Assembly (NCBI GenBank): GCA_964016885.1
Contig: OZ024742.1
Span: forward strand, 63,674,001-63,738,000
Origin: Eledone cirrhosa
Taxonomy: Eukaryota
Direction: 5' to 3'
Length of the DNA: 64,000 nucleotides
In this document: one piece after another, positions 13,330 through 26,145 of the stretch
Position numbering within the stretch: the first letter of the stretch is position 1
Layout of the letters: each line of letters opens with the position of its first letter
The notes under the pieces: model-generated
What the model saw: only the letters and a program-made list of their open reading frames with translations
Databases searched by the model: none
Told to the model about the DNA's origin: nothing
Position numbers and translations under genes: made by a program

Positions 13330-14246
13330 TGGTAGAACACTGGAAGGTAATATCCGTAGTGGTAGAGCACTCAGTCCATGGGACGAGTTAGGTGGAAGTG
13401 GTTACACAACAGTTAGTTCACCATACCGAGAACAATTGTTTCACCTTAGCGGACCCTCAGCTCGTAATGGACATGGTTATACGGAACAGGAAGGACAACC
13501 ATATGAACACACATGCGCAGAAACGATCACTTCACACAGGCAATACTAAATTGCGTGCGAGAGATGTAAGGAAGATAACTGCGAAAATTAGGATGTTGTC
13601 CCCTTCAACAGCAATGCAACACACCCGCTGTAGTTTATGAAGCTGTGGTCACTTCCAACCGACCAAATCAACCACAGGATGTCAAATCCTATGTGGGTAT
13701 CGTGGAGGGCCGATTTAAGGAATGCTTCCTGAACCACCAGTCGACCTTTAGGTAACCGGACATACGTTCCTCCACGAAACTCGCAAGCCACGTATGGTCC
13801 CTCAAGGACTCAAATATAGACTACTCCATTCAATGGAAAGCCATCACTAAGTCCAAGCCACACACAAGGGGAAATCCGTCATGTGGACTATGTATTGATG
13901 AACGAATAAATATTATAAAGATATTACGCAGTAGTGATTGCCTAAACGCGAGAAATGAATTCTTCACACGTTGTCCACACATCTGGAAACACCTCTTACA
14001 TAACTACAAAGCTCCGGATTGAATTATAAGAAGATCCTAATTTTCTTATCAACTAGAAACTTTCGGACTTTCGCAGTTATCTCCCTTACACCTCTCGCAC
14101 GCAATTTAGCATTGCCTGTGTGAAGTGATCGTTTCTGCGCATGCGCGTTCGTACGGTTGTCCTTCCTGTTCCATATAACCATGTCTATTACGAGCTGAGG
14201 ATCCGCTAAGGTGAAACAATTGTTCTCAGTATGGTGAACTAACTTC
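13330..14246 (+). mobile_element. 5'-truncated PLE: inverted pLTR, GIY-YIG remnant, pLTR
   Basis: Inverted repeat about 13411-13586 / 14069-14244; interior encodes CPLQQQCNTPAVVYEAVV...SYVGIVEGRFKECFLNHQSTF; flanked by (TA)n. Confidence 0.85.
14192..14227 (+). ncRNA. Type I hammerhead ribozyme (inverted copy with A9G at 13428-13463)
   Basis: gag CTGAGGA t cc gctaa gg t GAAA caattg TT ctc; palindromic stem III AACAATTGTT. Confidence 0.75.
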
Positions 14247-14259
14247 TACATATATATAT

Positions 14260-14960
14260 AGTCAGTAGGCACCTCTTAACAAAAATACAGCACGTCCCAC
14301 TCCCCCCACCCCATCAACACCACCCCTTTCGATGTAAGGTTATGTTGGCACCACAACATCCAGTCCAAAATAAATGAGGTTGTGTAGGTGTCACAACAAA
14401 AAAAAAACAAACACAGTCCACGCTGTAATGTGGCCGTGTAGGTAACACGGTAAAAACCAATCTTGCCTCAAGTGGAAAATTCCCGTCCAAACCCACGCAA
14501 GTGTGGAAGATGGACGTTAAACGATGATGATGATGATGATGATGATAGTTCAAAATAAATAAGACAAACCCAGTGATACAATAACACAAAGTCTTATTAG
14601 TTTCATACTTGCTCGAAAATAAAAATAAATACTTCAACATATCAAAATTTAGTCCAACAAAGTTTGGAGAAAGAAGTAGTTGGAACGTTGAAGAATATAT
14701 ATGTTTATATGTGTGCAAAAAAATACACCGTCCACACTGTAATATGGCCGTGTAGGTAACACGGTAAAAAGTTCCCAGTTCCACACTGTAAATGTGGTTG
14801 GTGTTAGGAAGGGCATCCAGCCGTAGAAAACCTACCAGATAGTCCTATATGAGCGAGACACGGTCACCCGACCAACCTTGCCTCAAGTGGGACAACTCCC
14901 GTCTAACCCATGCTAGTGTGGAAGATGGGACGTTAAACGAAGATGATAATAATGATGATG
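14260..14960 (+). mobile_element. Two RTE 3'-UTR / SINE-like repeats
   Basis: 14260-14545 and 14720-14960 match 2662-3070 and end in (GAT)n. Confidence 0.75.
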
Positions 14961-14964
14961 ATAT

Positions 14965-15185
14965 GTGTGGACGGGTCCTTCTCAGCATGGCATCTCTCCA
15001 TTCATCACGTTTTTTCATCATCTCCTCTGTGAGTCTCAATGATTTGAGGTCAGCAGTCACAACCTCTGTCCAGGTCTTTCTTGCTCTACCTCTACTGTAG
15101 CTTCCTTCCACTTCTTCACCCAACAATCATTTTCCATGCATGTCCATACCAATGAAGTCTTCTTTCCTGCACCCCACCTCAGATT
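14965..15185 (-). mobile_element. RTE 3' fragment
   Basis: GRARKTWTEVVTADLKSLRL...WRDAML. Confidence 0.75.
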
Positions 15186-15389
15186 CCTCTTAAAAGTTCT
15201 TCTCTTTACCTATCTTTCTATATCCCTCTATTTAGTCACATGCATTTCTTCTTTTTCTTCGTTTCTCTTTCTTTCTCTCTTTATCTCTTTCTTTTTACAA
15301 CTGTCAACAATATTTTTTACTACCAAATCAACCTCCCAAATGCAAGGTGATTGAAAGGTATGTCGTATCTATTTATTTATAAGACTGTT

Positions 15390-15459
<70 letters not shown>

Positions 15460-15686
15460 TAGATTGAGTTATAAACTCAAAATAGTATTTTACAATTAAA
15501 TATCTCAAAGAAGGGAATCTTTCCGAGCCGTGTAACATAATCGGATATATGAGAGGGATGAACACAGATATAAGTATACATGTGTTCCAATTGCAAATGA
15601 TCAAGTTAGCTAGGTTGAAAAAATACTAATTTAAAACAATATGTTTGCCTCCCTCTCATATATCCAATTATATATATATATATATA

Positions 15687-16942
15687 TCTAATATATATTT
15701 GTGAAATGGGTGGTGGTTGAAATTCAGTTGTGCACGGTTAAATGGTAGTAGACGTGGTCGGACGGACATAAAAATTTACACATCTATGTAAAACGTGCCA
15801 AGGAAGCAAATAGACGAGGTTTCAAATCTCTAACTTGAAAAATGTGGTCCCTAGGGCCCCCAAACGGTCTATTTACTATCGCGTTCGGTGAGTTATTTCC
15901 CCCTGTTCTAATACTTTCAATATTCATTGTCTTATTTACAATTTCATACAAATCTTTAAACTCATCAATTTCTTTCGCTGCGTTCTTTCGCTGTTAACAT
16001 ACAGTACCGTTTTATGAAATCGATTCTGCAGTACCATTTTACGAAATGCCAAACCGAAAATGGTCACTGTTTTCCATCAAAAGAAATAAAACCCTTAAAT
16101 TGCGAAGGAAGCATGTTCTCAAATACGTTTTTTCCGATATCATTTTCATTTTAATTCTAATACATGTTAACCACCACTAACAGTAAGTAGTATTTTTCAA
16201 AGTCAAATTAAAGTTTTCATTTTTCAATTACAGTTGCTCTATATTAAATTTAAATACTTCTATAACGATCATACAGTACCGTTTTATGAACTTAATGAAT
16301 GGGATCTATAAGCCCTTTGGTTGCCGAGTTAATTAATTCAGTTTTTTTTTAAATATTCATTGTCTTATTTAAAATAACATATCAAAGACAACGTTATTTC
16401 GCTGTTAATAAACTGTTGCCTTCTAGAGTACGTTTCATTTTCATTTTTCAATTACAGTTACTCTATATTAAATTTAAATACTTCTATAACGATCATACAG
16501 TACCGTTTTATGAAATCGATTCTGCAGTAGAATTTTACGAAATGCCAAACCGAAAAAGGTCACTATTTTCTAACAAAAGAAATAAAACCCTTACATTGCG
16601 AACCCCTATTCTAATACTGGGGTTAGTTATTTCCCCCTCTTCTAATAAACGTCTAATATATAGATGCCCCTCTTGCTGACCCAGGCCAATCAAAGTGTAA
16701 ACTATCATACAAACCTTCATAATATGCATTTTCAAACTTGCATATCATCAACATTGCTATTTCGCTGTTAATAAACAACGCTTTTCACGTCGCTCCACTT
16801 CTCATTGTACGCCGTCCAGCCCCAAGTGCATATTTCTATTTTTTTCCTGAAACTGCTTCTTCATAATAAACTTTCAATAATATTTTTCAAATTATTAACT
16901 TAATAAAAAGTGGCCCCGGGTGCAACCGGGCTCAGCTGCTAG
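15687..16942 (+). mobile_element. Non-autonomous Helitron
   Basis: 5' TC after A in (TA)n; 3' hairpin cccgg-gtgcaa-ccggg then CTAG-T; internal duplications (about 16000/16490 and 16210/16430). Confidence 0.7.
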
Positions 16943-17190
16943 TATATATATATATGTGAGTAACATGTGGTTAATAGCAGCAATGTTACTCAAAGCACTT
17001 GATGCTGTTACGGGGTCTGTCTCTCGTTGGGTTGTGCTCCAGGTTTAAGGTAGCTGTAGTTTGCAGAGTGTATATATATAGAGTGACAATAGGAAGTCAG
17101 ATCTGCAGCTTTATTGTAATATGCAATAAAATTTCATAAACTGAAAATCTGACTTCCTATTCTCTCTCTCTTTCTCATGTATATATATAT

Positions 17191-17256
<66 letters not shown>

Positions 17257-17259
<3 letters not shown>

Positions 17260-19795
17260 GAACTGTTTAGACTGTCGGAGAAATGGGCCAATGCTGGCTG
17301 TCAAATTATTTTCCTGAAACGCTGCCTAAAAAACGATGTCATCCCCACCACCATCAGGAACATCCGCTTACCAGTAAGCCTACGTACACCAGCCTTCCAA
17401 AACACCACTAACCGCATACATCGCACGTGTATTAAACAGATCCTGAGACATCTCAACCGCCAATTACACGTCCATAAGCGGACACTCTCAGAGCGGACAC
17501 ATCGACTGCCAATAGCACCCGGGGACTTGCTCCTGAAAATCACTAAAGCAATCGACCAGTGCTACCACTCCAGAGTCCATTACGAGAAAAAACGGCTCAA
17601 GTGAAAATATGAGTGGATCTTGTCGAAACGCCACAACGAGAATATCGACACTAACGAACAGACGGACCAGAACCACGTGGAAAACAACAACTTAACAACC
17701 GCCACCGCCGCATCCACCAACACCGAGCCACACCTCAACGATGCGACGCACCTGGTCACCGACCTAACCGGCACTCTCACGAGCGACGAGCTGAAACTCC
17801 TACACCTCGGACCCAAGTTCATCGTCTCGCAACGTCTCGACGACAGACTCAAACTCAATATCGAGGCCAACTTTTGTCGAGCCGCTTACCAACTTGAATG
17901 GGTGACCGCCATCAACAGCGCCCACGCAACCCACCCCAAGTTCCCCACTTACCACCCCGACAACCCACTCCACCCCCCACCCACCAACCACGAACTCGAC
18001 ACTAAACTCATCAGGCTAAAACACTCCATCTCGGATATACTTCACAAACACACACACACGCACAACACATAACCTCACCAAATCTCAACTCACCACTCTC
18101 TCCAACCTAAAATCGAAGAACCTCATCTATCTCCCCTCCGACGAGGGAAAAGAATTCTGCGTCATCAGCAGAGAGGCCTACAACACCCTGGCCCTCCAAC
18201 ACCTTGACGATGACAACCTCTACTCCAAGGTCACGGGAATCACTCCCGCGCAGATAGAAGAGCACATCAACGCCGCCTGGACCAACATCTGCGACCGGCG
18301 GAAGCTCCCGAAGAAGCTGAGATACAACCTCCTCACGGGGAACAGCAGACTACCCGCCTTCTACCACCTCGTGAAAACACACAAACAGGGACCCGACCTG
18401 AAGATCAGGCCCATTGTATCGAGCGTGGAGGGACCACTCTACAAAATTTCATGGCTCCTAGCCAGAATACTCAAACCCATCTTAGACAGCTTGCCGGGAC
18501 ACGTTAACAGCTCCGAGGAGGTGTTGAAGCGCCTACATCAAATGGATCCCGACACCAGAAGGAATAACAGATATGCCTTCAGCCTTGATGTAGTCGCTCT
18601 CTACACCTCGGTCCCGGCACTCCCGGCCGACAATATACTGATGGAACGCGTCCAATCCACCGACCTACACTGCTTCGGGCTCACCACCACTGACATCCAC
18701 CAACTCCTATCCATCGTCGTCGACAACACCTACTTCGGATTCTTTGACCAAACATACCAACAAACCTCGGGATTGCCCATGGGATCAAGCCTGTCGGGTG
18801 TGCTAGCGATCTCTTACATGTACAACCTCGAGCGCAAGGCACTCAACGCCTGCCACCCCAACGCCGTCGCCTTTTTCTCAAGGTACGTGGACGATATCCT
18901 CATCCTCACATCTTCCCAAGACACGGCGAACAGAATCTATGAGACGTTCAACAACACGGACGAGAACATTGACTTCAGTGTTGAACACCCCAACGAAGAC
19001 GGGTCACTTGCTCTCCTCGACTTCCGAATCAACATCACGGAACAGGGAAGGATCCACTGCAACTTCTACCGACAGGCAGCCTGCAGGGACCTGTTCGTTC
19101 ACTACAAGTCTGCCGTCCCTAACAGTGCCAAAAGAGGATACATCACGAACGAGATCGCGCGAATCAAAAACAGATGCAGCGATCCCGCGAGTGGTGTCAC
19201 TGATACCAAGCGATTCCTCGAGGTTCTGGAGACGAACGGGTACCCTACCTCGCTCACAGACAGAGTAGGAGACACCAGACACAAGAGACAGAGAGGCACC
19301 CAAGGCAAGTGCTTCCTTAAAATGTCACACCTGGGCGAGAATACCACCAACGCTATCCGCAAGGCTATACGGAGGGAGAGCCTCGACATCCACCTGGCCC
19401 ACTCGGGCCTCTCCCTGCGAAGATGCCTCTCCAGGAAACCCGGGAAATCTACTGACGCGTGCTCCCTCAGAGACTGCCCGATACACCAGGCGAACTGTTG
19501 CCTATGCACATACGTCGTGTATAAGATAGAATGTGACAGGTGCAAACAATACTATATAGGTAGCACAATCCGACCTTTGCACATCCGGATCAAGGAACAC
19601 ACTAAAACCAGGGCCTCGTCTTTCCGGAAACACATAGACAAATGCGGAAACAAAGACGGAAGGCCCATTGTCACAATTCTAGCGACTGAAAGAAACGTCG
19701 GCACGTTACGTATCAAGGAAGCGCTTTTTATCAAACGTCTGATACCGCAAATAAACAATCGATCCGAGAGAAGCGAAATGAGGTGGCTGGTTTAA
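17257..19795 (+). pseudogene. PLE RT/GIY-YIG polyprotein, disrupted
   Basis: FLKRCLKNDVIP, LLHLGPKF, KTHK...RPIVS, SLDVVALYTSV, GLPMGSSLS, RYVDDIL, VVYKIECDRCKQYYIGST...RIKEH; in-frame TGA at 17602 and a frameshift in (AC)n near 18060. Confidence 0.9.
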
Positions 19796-20472
19796 GTTAA
19801 CAAACGATGCAGCAACACACGCACACACACACACAAATGAGACAACTACACACACACACGCACACACACACAGTAGCATTCCACCATACGAACATACTAC
19901 ACTGCCAATACAGAGGAACAAGGCAACAACACACGCACACACACACACTCAAGCGAGACAACAGACGCACACACACACACAGTAACATTTAACAAACAGG
20001 CAGAGAATGGACTGACAGCTAGCGCCACACACTCCCACATTCGGCCGCTGACCTCTGGCCGACCGACCCTATTTCACGCGCACGCGCGCTCTGCTGAATA
20101 CCTCAGATATTCAAAACAACAAACAGCGGAGGACGCGTTTCGCACCTTTCCGACAGACAACCTTTCCCCCACCCCGGAAAAAACCCCAGTTGATGGATGT
20201 GAATCCGAAATATATAGGGACAATTAAATCTCTCCCAAGGTAACTCTCTCTCGTGTTGTTATTTTTATTTTATCCTTTATACTCTTTCCTTCATTCCTCT
20301 ACACGTCTTATACACACCACGCATCTCAACGTACACCCACTTACATCTCTCTCTCCACCACCGGATCTTGTTACCCGGAGATTTACCCATTTGCATTGTC
20401 GAGGCTTTCAAACGACTTAAAGATATTTACCTATTATTCCACAATGCTTCAAGCAAACTTCAATACTCTCTT
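17257..20472 (+). mobile_element. Near full-length Penelope-like element (RT plus C-terminal GIY-YIG) with 3' pLTR
   Basis: GC-richer insert between (TA)n tracts; coding region described in the next feature; HHR-like motif at 20184-20219. Confidence 0.92.
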
Positions 20473-20714
20473 ATATATATAAATATATATAATAATAATA
20501 ATAATAATAAATTTGAAGACTAAAATCCAAAGAGGGCCCAATAAGGATAAATATATATCAAATATTTAAGAACCAAAGTATCGTCTGCTTGTCTTCCTCC
20601 GGTTGCAACGTTTTTTGAAATATTTACTTCTGCGTTCACAGATTGACTTTTTAGTTTCAGAAGATCCCGTTAAGGGTGAAAGCAGCGATTCTTTGCTTAA
20701 ACTTTAATCTGTTA

Positions 20715-20754
<40 letters not shown>

Positions 20755-20759
<5 letters not shown>

Positions 20760-20944
20760 AAAGAGTCAGGACCCTGACGGCTGAGCTCTGGCTGTTTCCG
20801 AACTGTGTTCGGATCTAGCTGTTGAATCAGCCGGAGCTCAGCCGTCGGGGTCCTGACTCTTTTCCTATTACCCACTCTACTACCCTAAATATCGAGTACT
20901 CTGGTGTATTATGGTCCACCTCGTTTCTTACCACACTTTCTTTG

Positions 20945-20945
<1 letters not shown>
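20755..20945. mobile_element. PLE pLTR-end fold-back fragment
   Basis: Inverted arms about 20755-20792 / 20828-20870; related to 35190-35310 and 5684-5730; keeps the HHR 3' half (GAAA...gagctc...TC). Confidence 0.6.
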
Positions 20946-20983
<38 letters not shown>

Positions 20984-21587
20984 TATAGAGAGAGAAAAAA
21001 GGTTAAGTGGAGAGGAGAGATTGAGATTGATAGTTAAAAAAACATATAGAGATGTATAAGTTAAAGAACCAAAGAAATAGATAAGGGTCCTTATCAGACA
21101 CATGCACACCATCACACATTCTCATACATACATAGTCGTATACACACACCATCACGCATTTACATACATACCCATGTTCACATAGTCATATACACACACC
21201 ATCACACATGTACATGCATACCCATGTCCATATATATACACACACACATACATACACATTTATAGACACAGTCTTATTTATACACATTTATAGACACAGT
21301 CACATACACGCACATGTATGCATAGACACACACATACATATGTTCATATACATACACATGTGTACATAGACACATACACATTCACATATTTACACTTATA
21401 TACATTGACACATGCACACATATGTAAACAAAGCCACCAGAAAGATTGTGTATTTCTGGACAGGTAAATACCAAAGTCCTAGACCATAATTGGTGTCACA
21501 CTAATCAGCACCACAAGCTATTTATTAATCGTTGAGTCAACTTTAATGTTGCTATTTATATACAACACCTGATAGGTAATAGTTTAC

Positions 21588-21607
21588 CCTTCGTTTGCAG
21601 TATTCAC
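21588..21607 (-). CDS. Putative 20-bp micro-exon of the host gene
   Basis: tttttgttttatttttttaag|GTGAATACTGCAAACGAAGG|gtaaac; phase-compatible with the 45-bp exon. Confidence 0.45.
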
Positions 21608-22210
21608 CTTAAAAAAATAAAACAAAAATTAAAATTTCGTTTGATCCCTTATAATTCTGAGTATTCCTTTCCATACTTCTCAAGTGCTGTTGCCATGAAA
21701 AATGCACCCACTGCACGCTGTAAACTGGTTGGTGGTCGAGAGGGCACTTCAGTTGTCAAAAACATGACAACCCCTCAAGTGCTAGTGCCACAACAAATGC
21801 TCCCTGTACACCCTGTAAAATGGTTGATAATAGGAAGGGCATTCAGCCATAGAAGCTATGCCAAACAAAGGGACAAGAGGACTCTTCAATTGTGTGCAAT
21901 ATATTGTGTGCAATATAACAAACTCCCTAGAGCAGTGTCATGATTGAATGCATTTGGTACACTCTGTAGAGTGTAGGAATGTATGTGAGTGAGATGTATT
22001 CTCTGGCCTGTCAGAGAATTCAGTGGTTTCGATCAAATGCTGACTTGATCTGTGATGACCCATCCAACCCTTACAAGCATATGTTAAATGATTATGGTAA
22101 TGATGACATCAACCTGACAAAAACCGACTCTGGTTCTAAGAAACCAAACCACATATTGTAAAGGACGCCTATTTAAATTACCATCTTTCAACATAATTTT
22201 ATATAGGAAC

Positions 22211-22392
22211 AAGTGGTGGATTAAGGAAGTGGAGGTTGATTTAGCTGTAGCCAGGGGTTCACAATATTTAAAGGCCCCAAATTAATTTTTTTGCTACCAT
22301 AAATAATATATTATACTTAAATTTGCAATACAAAGGCCTCAATGAAATTAAATTTTCAGCCAGGGGCCCCATGCAAACTTAATCCACTCCTG
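22211..22392. mobile_element. hAT-like MITE
   Basis: Imperfect TIR agtggtggattaag / cttaatccactcctg with internal ggggcccc motifs. Confidence 0.5.
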
Positions 22393-22731
22393 ATAAAAGA
22401 CATTTGTAAAATTACTATTTTAGATATGAAATACTTAATTTTGGTCATTCTCCCAAACTTCTTCATTAATTAATTGAAACAGAGTATATTTCATTAGAAA
22501 TATGGTGAGAAAAGGGTTATGTTTTTGTTGGTGAGGGGATCCTCAACATAAGCAACAACTAAAGAGCAAGTCTATGCGAGTCGTGACAGGGATAATAACA
22601 AAAATCTATGCTGTAGATGTTGTTGTCATTAACCCCAGGCAGCATTCAACCAACCGTGACTATTCTGCTTATTTTTTAAGCATAGTGAATCTAGAACTAC
22701 ATTATCCAATGGCTGTCACTTTAACTTTCAG

Positions 22732-22880
22732 TCTATCTGGTCATTTACAATTTAGTATGCAGTCTATCTGGTCATTTACAGTTTAGTATGCAGTCTACCT
22801 GGTCATTTACAGTTTAGTATGCAGTCTACCTGGCCATTTACAGTTTAGTATGCAGTCTACCAGGGCATTTACAGTTTAGA
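22732..22880. repeat. 31-bp minisatellite, about 4.7 copies
   Basis: Unit tctatctggtcatttacagtttagtatgcag. Confidence 0.85.
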
Positions 22881-22949
22881 GTGCATTTTACTTGCATGTT
22901 TCCAGTTCAACTTGTAATCTACTTGTAATCTACTTAGTCATCTACCTGG

Positions 22950-24520
22950 CATGGCAGCTCCCTGTGAACAGTACTCTGCAACTGAATATGGAAGTTATAA
23001 GCGTGCAGTTAGGTGTGTGTGTGCATCAAACCTCCAGCTGTTTCCTGCCAACGAGCTTTCCAGCAATCCTCTTTATATGTTCTTAGTAGGTCAGGCTGCG
23101 ATCCAATGTAACATCAAGATATTTGGGGTGTGGTTCATTCTTGATAAGTCTACCACAGAAGGAGACCTTGAGTTCTGTCCTAGCTTGTCTGGTGCTGAGA
23201 AAGAAGGCTGTCACAATGGTCTTGTTTGGGTTGGGCCAAAGGCACCAGTATGAGTAGTTCTCCATCTTCTTCAGCTCTTCTGTGAGTATAAGGTTGAGTT
23301 TGTCAAAATCAGCAGATTGGGTAGCCAAGGCAAGGTCATCTGCATATGCAAATTTCCACGAAGTTGTCCTGGACATATCATTCACAAAGATGTTAAAGAG
23401 CATTGGTGCCAGGATGGAACCTTGGAGAAAGCTATCCTTCAGGGTTCTGGTTGAACTTGTTTGACCTCCTAGTGACACTCTGAATCTTCTGTTACTGAGT
23501 ATGGAAGCAAGGATGTTCATAGTTGCCAGGCACTTGATGGGATGCAGGCCTTCAGAAGGAGACCGCGTCTCCATACAGTATTGTATGCAGAAGAGAGGTC
23601 AACCAGAGCAGCCCCTGTCATGAGACCTCGTTGGTAGCCAGCCTAGATGAAGGTAGCAAGGGTGAGGACTTGATCAGTGTAACTCCTTTGTGGTCTGAAG
23701 CCAACTTGCTCCTTAGGCAGGGTTGGACCAAGCCTAACCAAGAGGAGCAGTTCAAATAGCTTGTAAATGGTACAGAGGAGAAAGATTGGCCAGTAGCTTG
23801 CAGGATGGTAATGACCTTGGCTTCTCTCCAGATGTTCAGGATAATTCCAGTTGAGTGAATGACTGTAAAGAGAGAAGCCAATCCGTTTCAGGTATTTGGA
23901 CCAGGGTTCTTCAAGAATTCAGGATAGATGCTGTCGATTCCTTCTGCTTTGCCTGCTTTGGTGGATGAAAGGCCAATATCTATCTCACCTGCTGTGTAAG
24001 GCCTAGCAAGTGGGGTACTCTTCAGTGAAGATGAGTAGGCTGCTGAGAGATTCTTACTAACTTCTTGGCATGCCTCCTTGGTTGAAAGTACCGTGGAGTT
24101 GAGAAGTAAGCATTGCAACTGCATTAGGAGTTACATTTGGTGGCTGGTGCTGAATGGGAGATGCTGCACCAAGTCACCTAAGGAGATTCCATGCTTTCCT
24201 ATCAGAGTGAGTGGAATCCAGCACGTCCACCATTTCCTGCCAGTGTGAATCAAGAGAGCCTAAGAGTTCTGTAGCAATGTTTGGATCACCTGAGGCCTCA
24301 TAGTTTTTGAGAAGCTCTTCAGACTCTGGGAGCCAACATGGGGTGTAAGATTGACGGAAACCTCACAGGATGCATTTCTTGGCAGCATCCTTCAGAATCT
24401 TACAAAATGAAGTATCATTCTTGGGAACAGGTTTCAAGTTGATGATTTGTTCCTCTATCTCTGAGCTGAAGGATTCTCAGTCAGCTTTTCTGAAGTTCCA
24501 GCAACCTTTACGTGGTCCCC
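22950..24520 (-). mobile_element. Decayed Ingi/Vingi-like LINE RT
   Basis: LQGSILAPMLFNIF, FAYADDLALA, PNPNKT...AFFL...PKYLDVTLDRSLTY, GKAEGIDSIYPEFLK; many frameshifts. Confidence 0.8.
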
Positions 24521-24589
24521 CCCCCCCCTGTATGGAATTCAACCCAACTAAGCCTTCTCTATGCACATTGCCCTTTATATGCTTGATCA

Positions 24590-24733
24590 TATTAATGACA
24601 GAGGAGATATCGTATTAATGACAGAGGTGATATCGTATGAATGACAGAAGTGATATCGTAGGAACGGCAGACGTGATATCTTATTAATGACAGAAGTGAT
24701 ATAATATTAATGATAGATATAATCTATTAATGA
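24590..24733. repeat. 23-bp minisatellite
   Basis: Unit tattaatgacagaggtgatatcg, 5-6 degenerate copies. Confidence 0.8.
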
Positions 24734-25699
24734 TTTCGGTTTTATTATAGAAAAACTCTCCCACTAATTTCAGTGGGAAATAATTTTTTCCTTAATTTTT
24801 TTCATATGTTAGCAATTAAACTTCCTTCCTATGGTGCAAAGGACTTTTCCCCCAACCTTAAACCTAATCCTAATCCCTCTTTCCTGGGTTTAGGATCAAG
24901 GTTAAACTTAGGTGGTTAAGAAAATTCGAGGGGGTGAAAAGTCTTAGGGTCCCTCTCACTTCCTCCCTTTTCAGGGAAAGAAAAAACATTTGCACCATAT
25001 TAGGAGTTTAACTGATAGCACACGAAAAAAAATAAAAATTATTTCCCACTGAAATCTGTGGGGGTATCTTTCCATAAAATTTATTTTAAAAAAAGAACCC
25101 GCTGGGGTTTGCTAAGATTTTTTTTTTTTTTTCCGCGTGTTTTCAACTAATCTATCTAACTTCGAACATACTCGTAATCGACATTATTTCCGAAAACAGA
25201 ATTCATTTTTTTATCTTGAAATAAAAATATTAAAGTATATTCTATCCTTCCTTGGAAAAAAAAAAACATGATCAAACCTTTCGATTGCGAGCATATCGAA
25301 GTCAGATAGTTGAAAACACGAAAAATCCTAGGAAAAAGAAAATTTTCAACAATCCTTAGCGCGTGCTTTTTTTTTTAAATATAAATTTAAACGACTGAGA
25401 GGTGCTTATCTGTAATCCCGAGGGTGCCCCCTCCCTTCACACCGCCGTTTTTGGAAAAAGGAGTCGTTGGCGTCAGATTGGTCGAAAACAAACAAAAAAA
25501 AAACATAAAAAAGAAGTAAAGATTCCCACCTAAGAAAACTCCGAGTTTAGGAAAATGTGAAGGACCCCCTCACACATTCCTTTTTCGGAAATACATCGAT
25601 TACGAATATGTCGGAGATCATATTAGTTGAAAATACACGAAAACAATATAAAAACAAATTTTTTTACCGAACAATAACGGGTGCTCTTCTATAAATTTA

Positions 25700-25925
25700 C
25701 CGCTTTTAAAATACAGCCTGATAAAATTGCCTTCAATGAATGGTCGTGATGATTTTCTATTCATTTCGCCGAGAGCAAAACCTGCTCTTACGGCATTTTC
25801 ACTTTTGTTCAAGTTAAAAATAAAGTTCTATTATTTCGAAAGGGCTATATTTAGCCGCTCTAACTTTTCTTCTCTTATCTTTCCAGTTAATGCACTGTGT
25901 TGTTTCATATCTCCTCGTAATGTAT
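25700..25925 (-). mobile_element. hAT (SPIN/Buster, GTF2IRD2-like) transposase fragment
   Basis: RRYET...LTGKIREEKLERL...SENAVRAGFALGEM...SSRPFIEGNFI. Confidence 0.65.
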
Positions 25926-25961
25926 ATCGCACACACACACACATACACATAGAGTAAACAG

Positions 25962-26145
25962 TTATAATTGTTTCTACCTTTAGCACAAGGCCAGTAATTA
26001 TCCCAGTGCATAACTGGTACTTTATTTTATCGACTCCATAAGGATGAAAGGCAAAGTTAACCTCGGCGGGATTTGAACTCAGATCATAAAGGGCCGTAAC
26101 TCTATGCTGCAAAGCATGCGTCCGACCTTCCACCGATACTGCAAC
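25962..26145 (-). mobile_element. tRNA-derived SINE
   Basis: Same family as 62982-63172. Confidence 0.85.

Noticed and set aside
17602-17604. Selenocysteine UGA in the PLE ORF
   Set aside because: Not in a Cys motif (KRLK*KYE), compatible with CGA-to-TGA decay; the element also has a frameshift and a C-terminal endonuclease, unlike selenoprotein Naiads.
22732-22880. 31-bp repeats as a CRISPR array (also the 23-bp repeats at 24590)
   Set aside because: Head-to-tail with no unique spacers, no cas genes, eukaryotic context.
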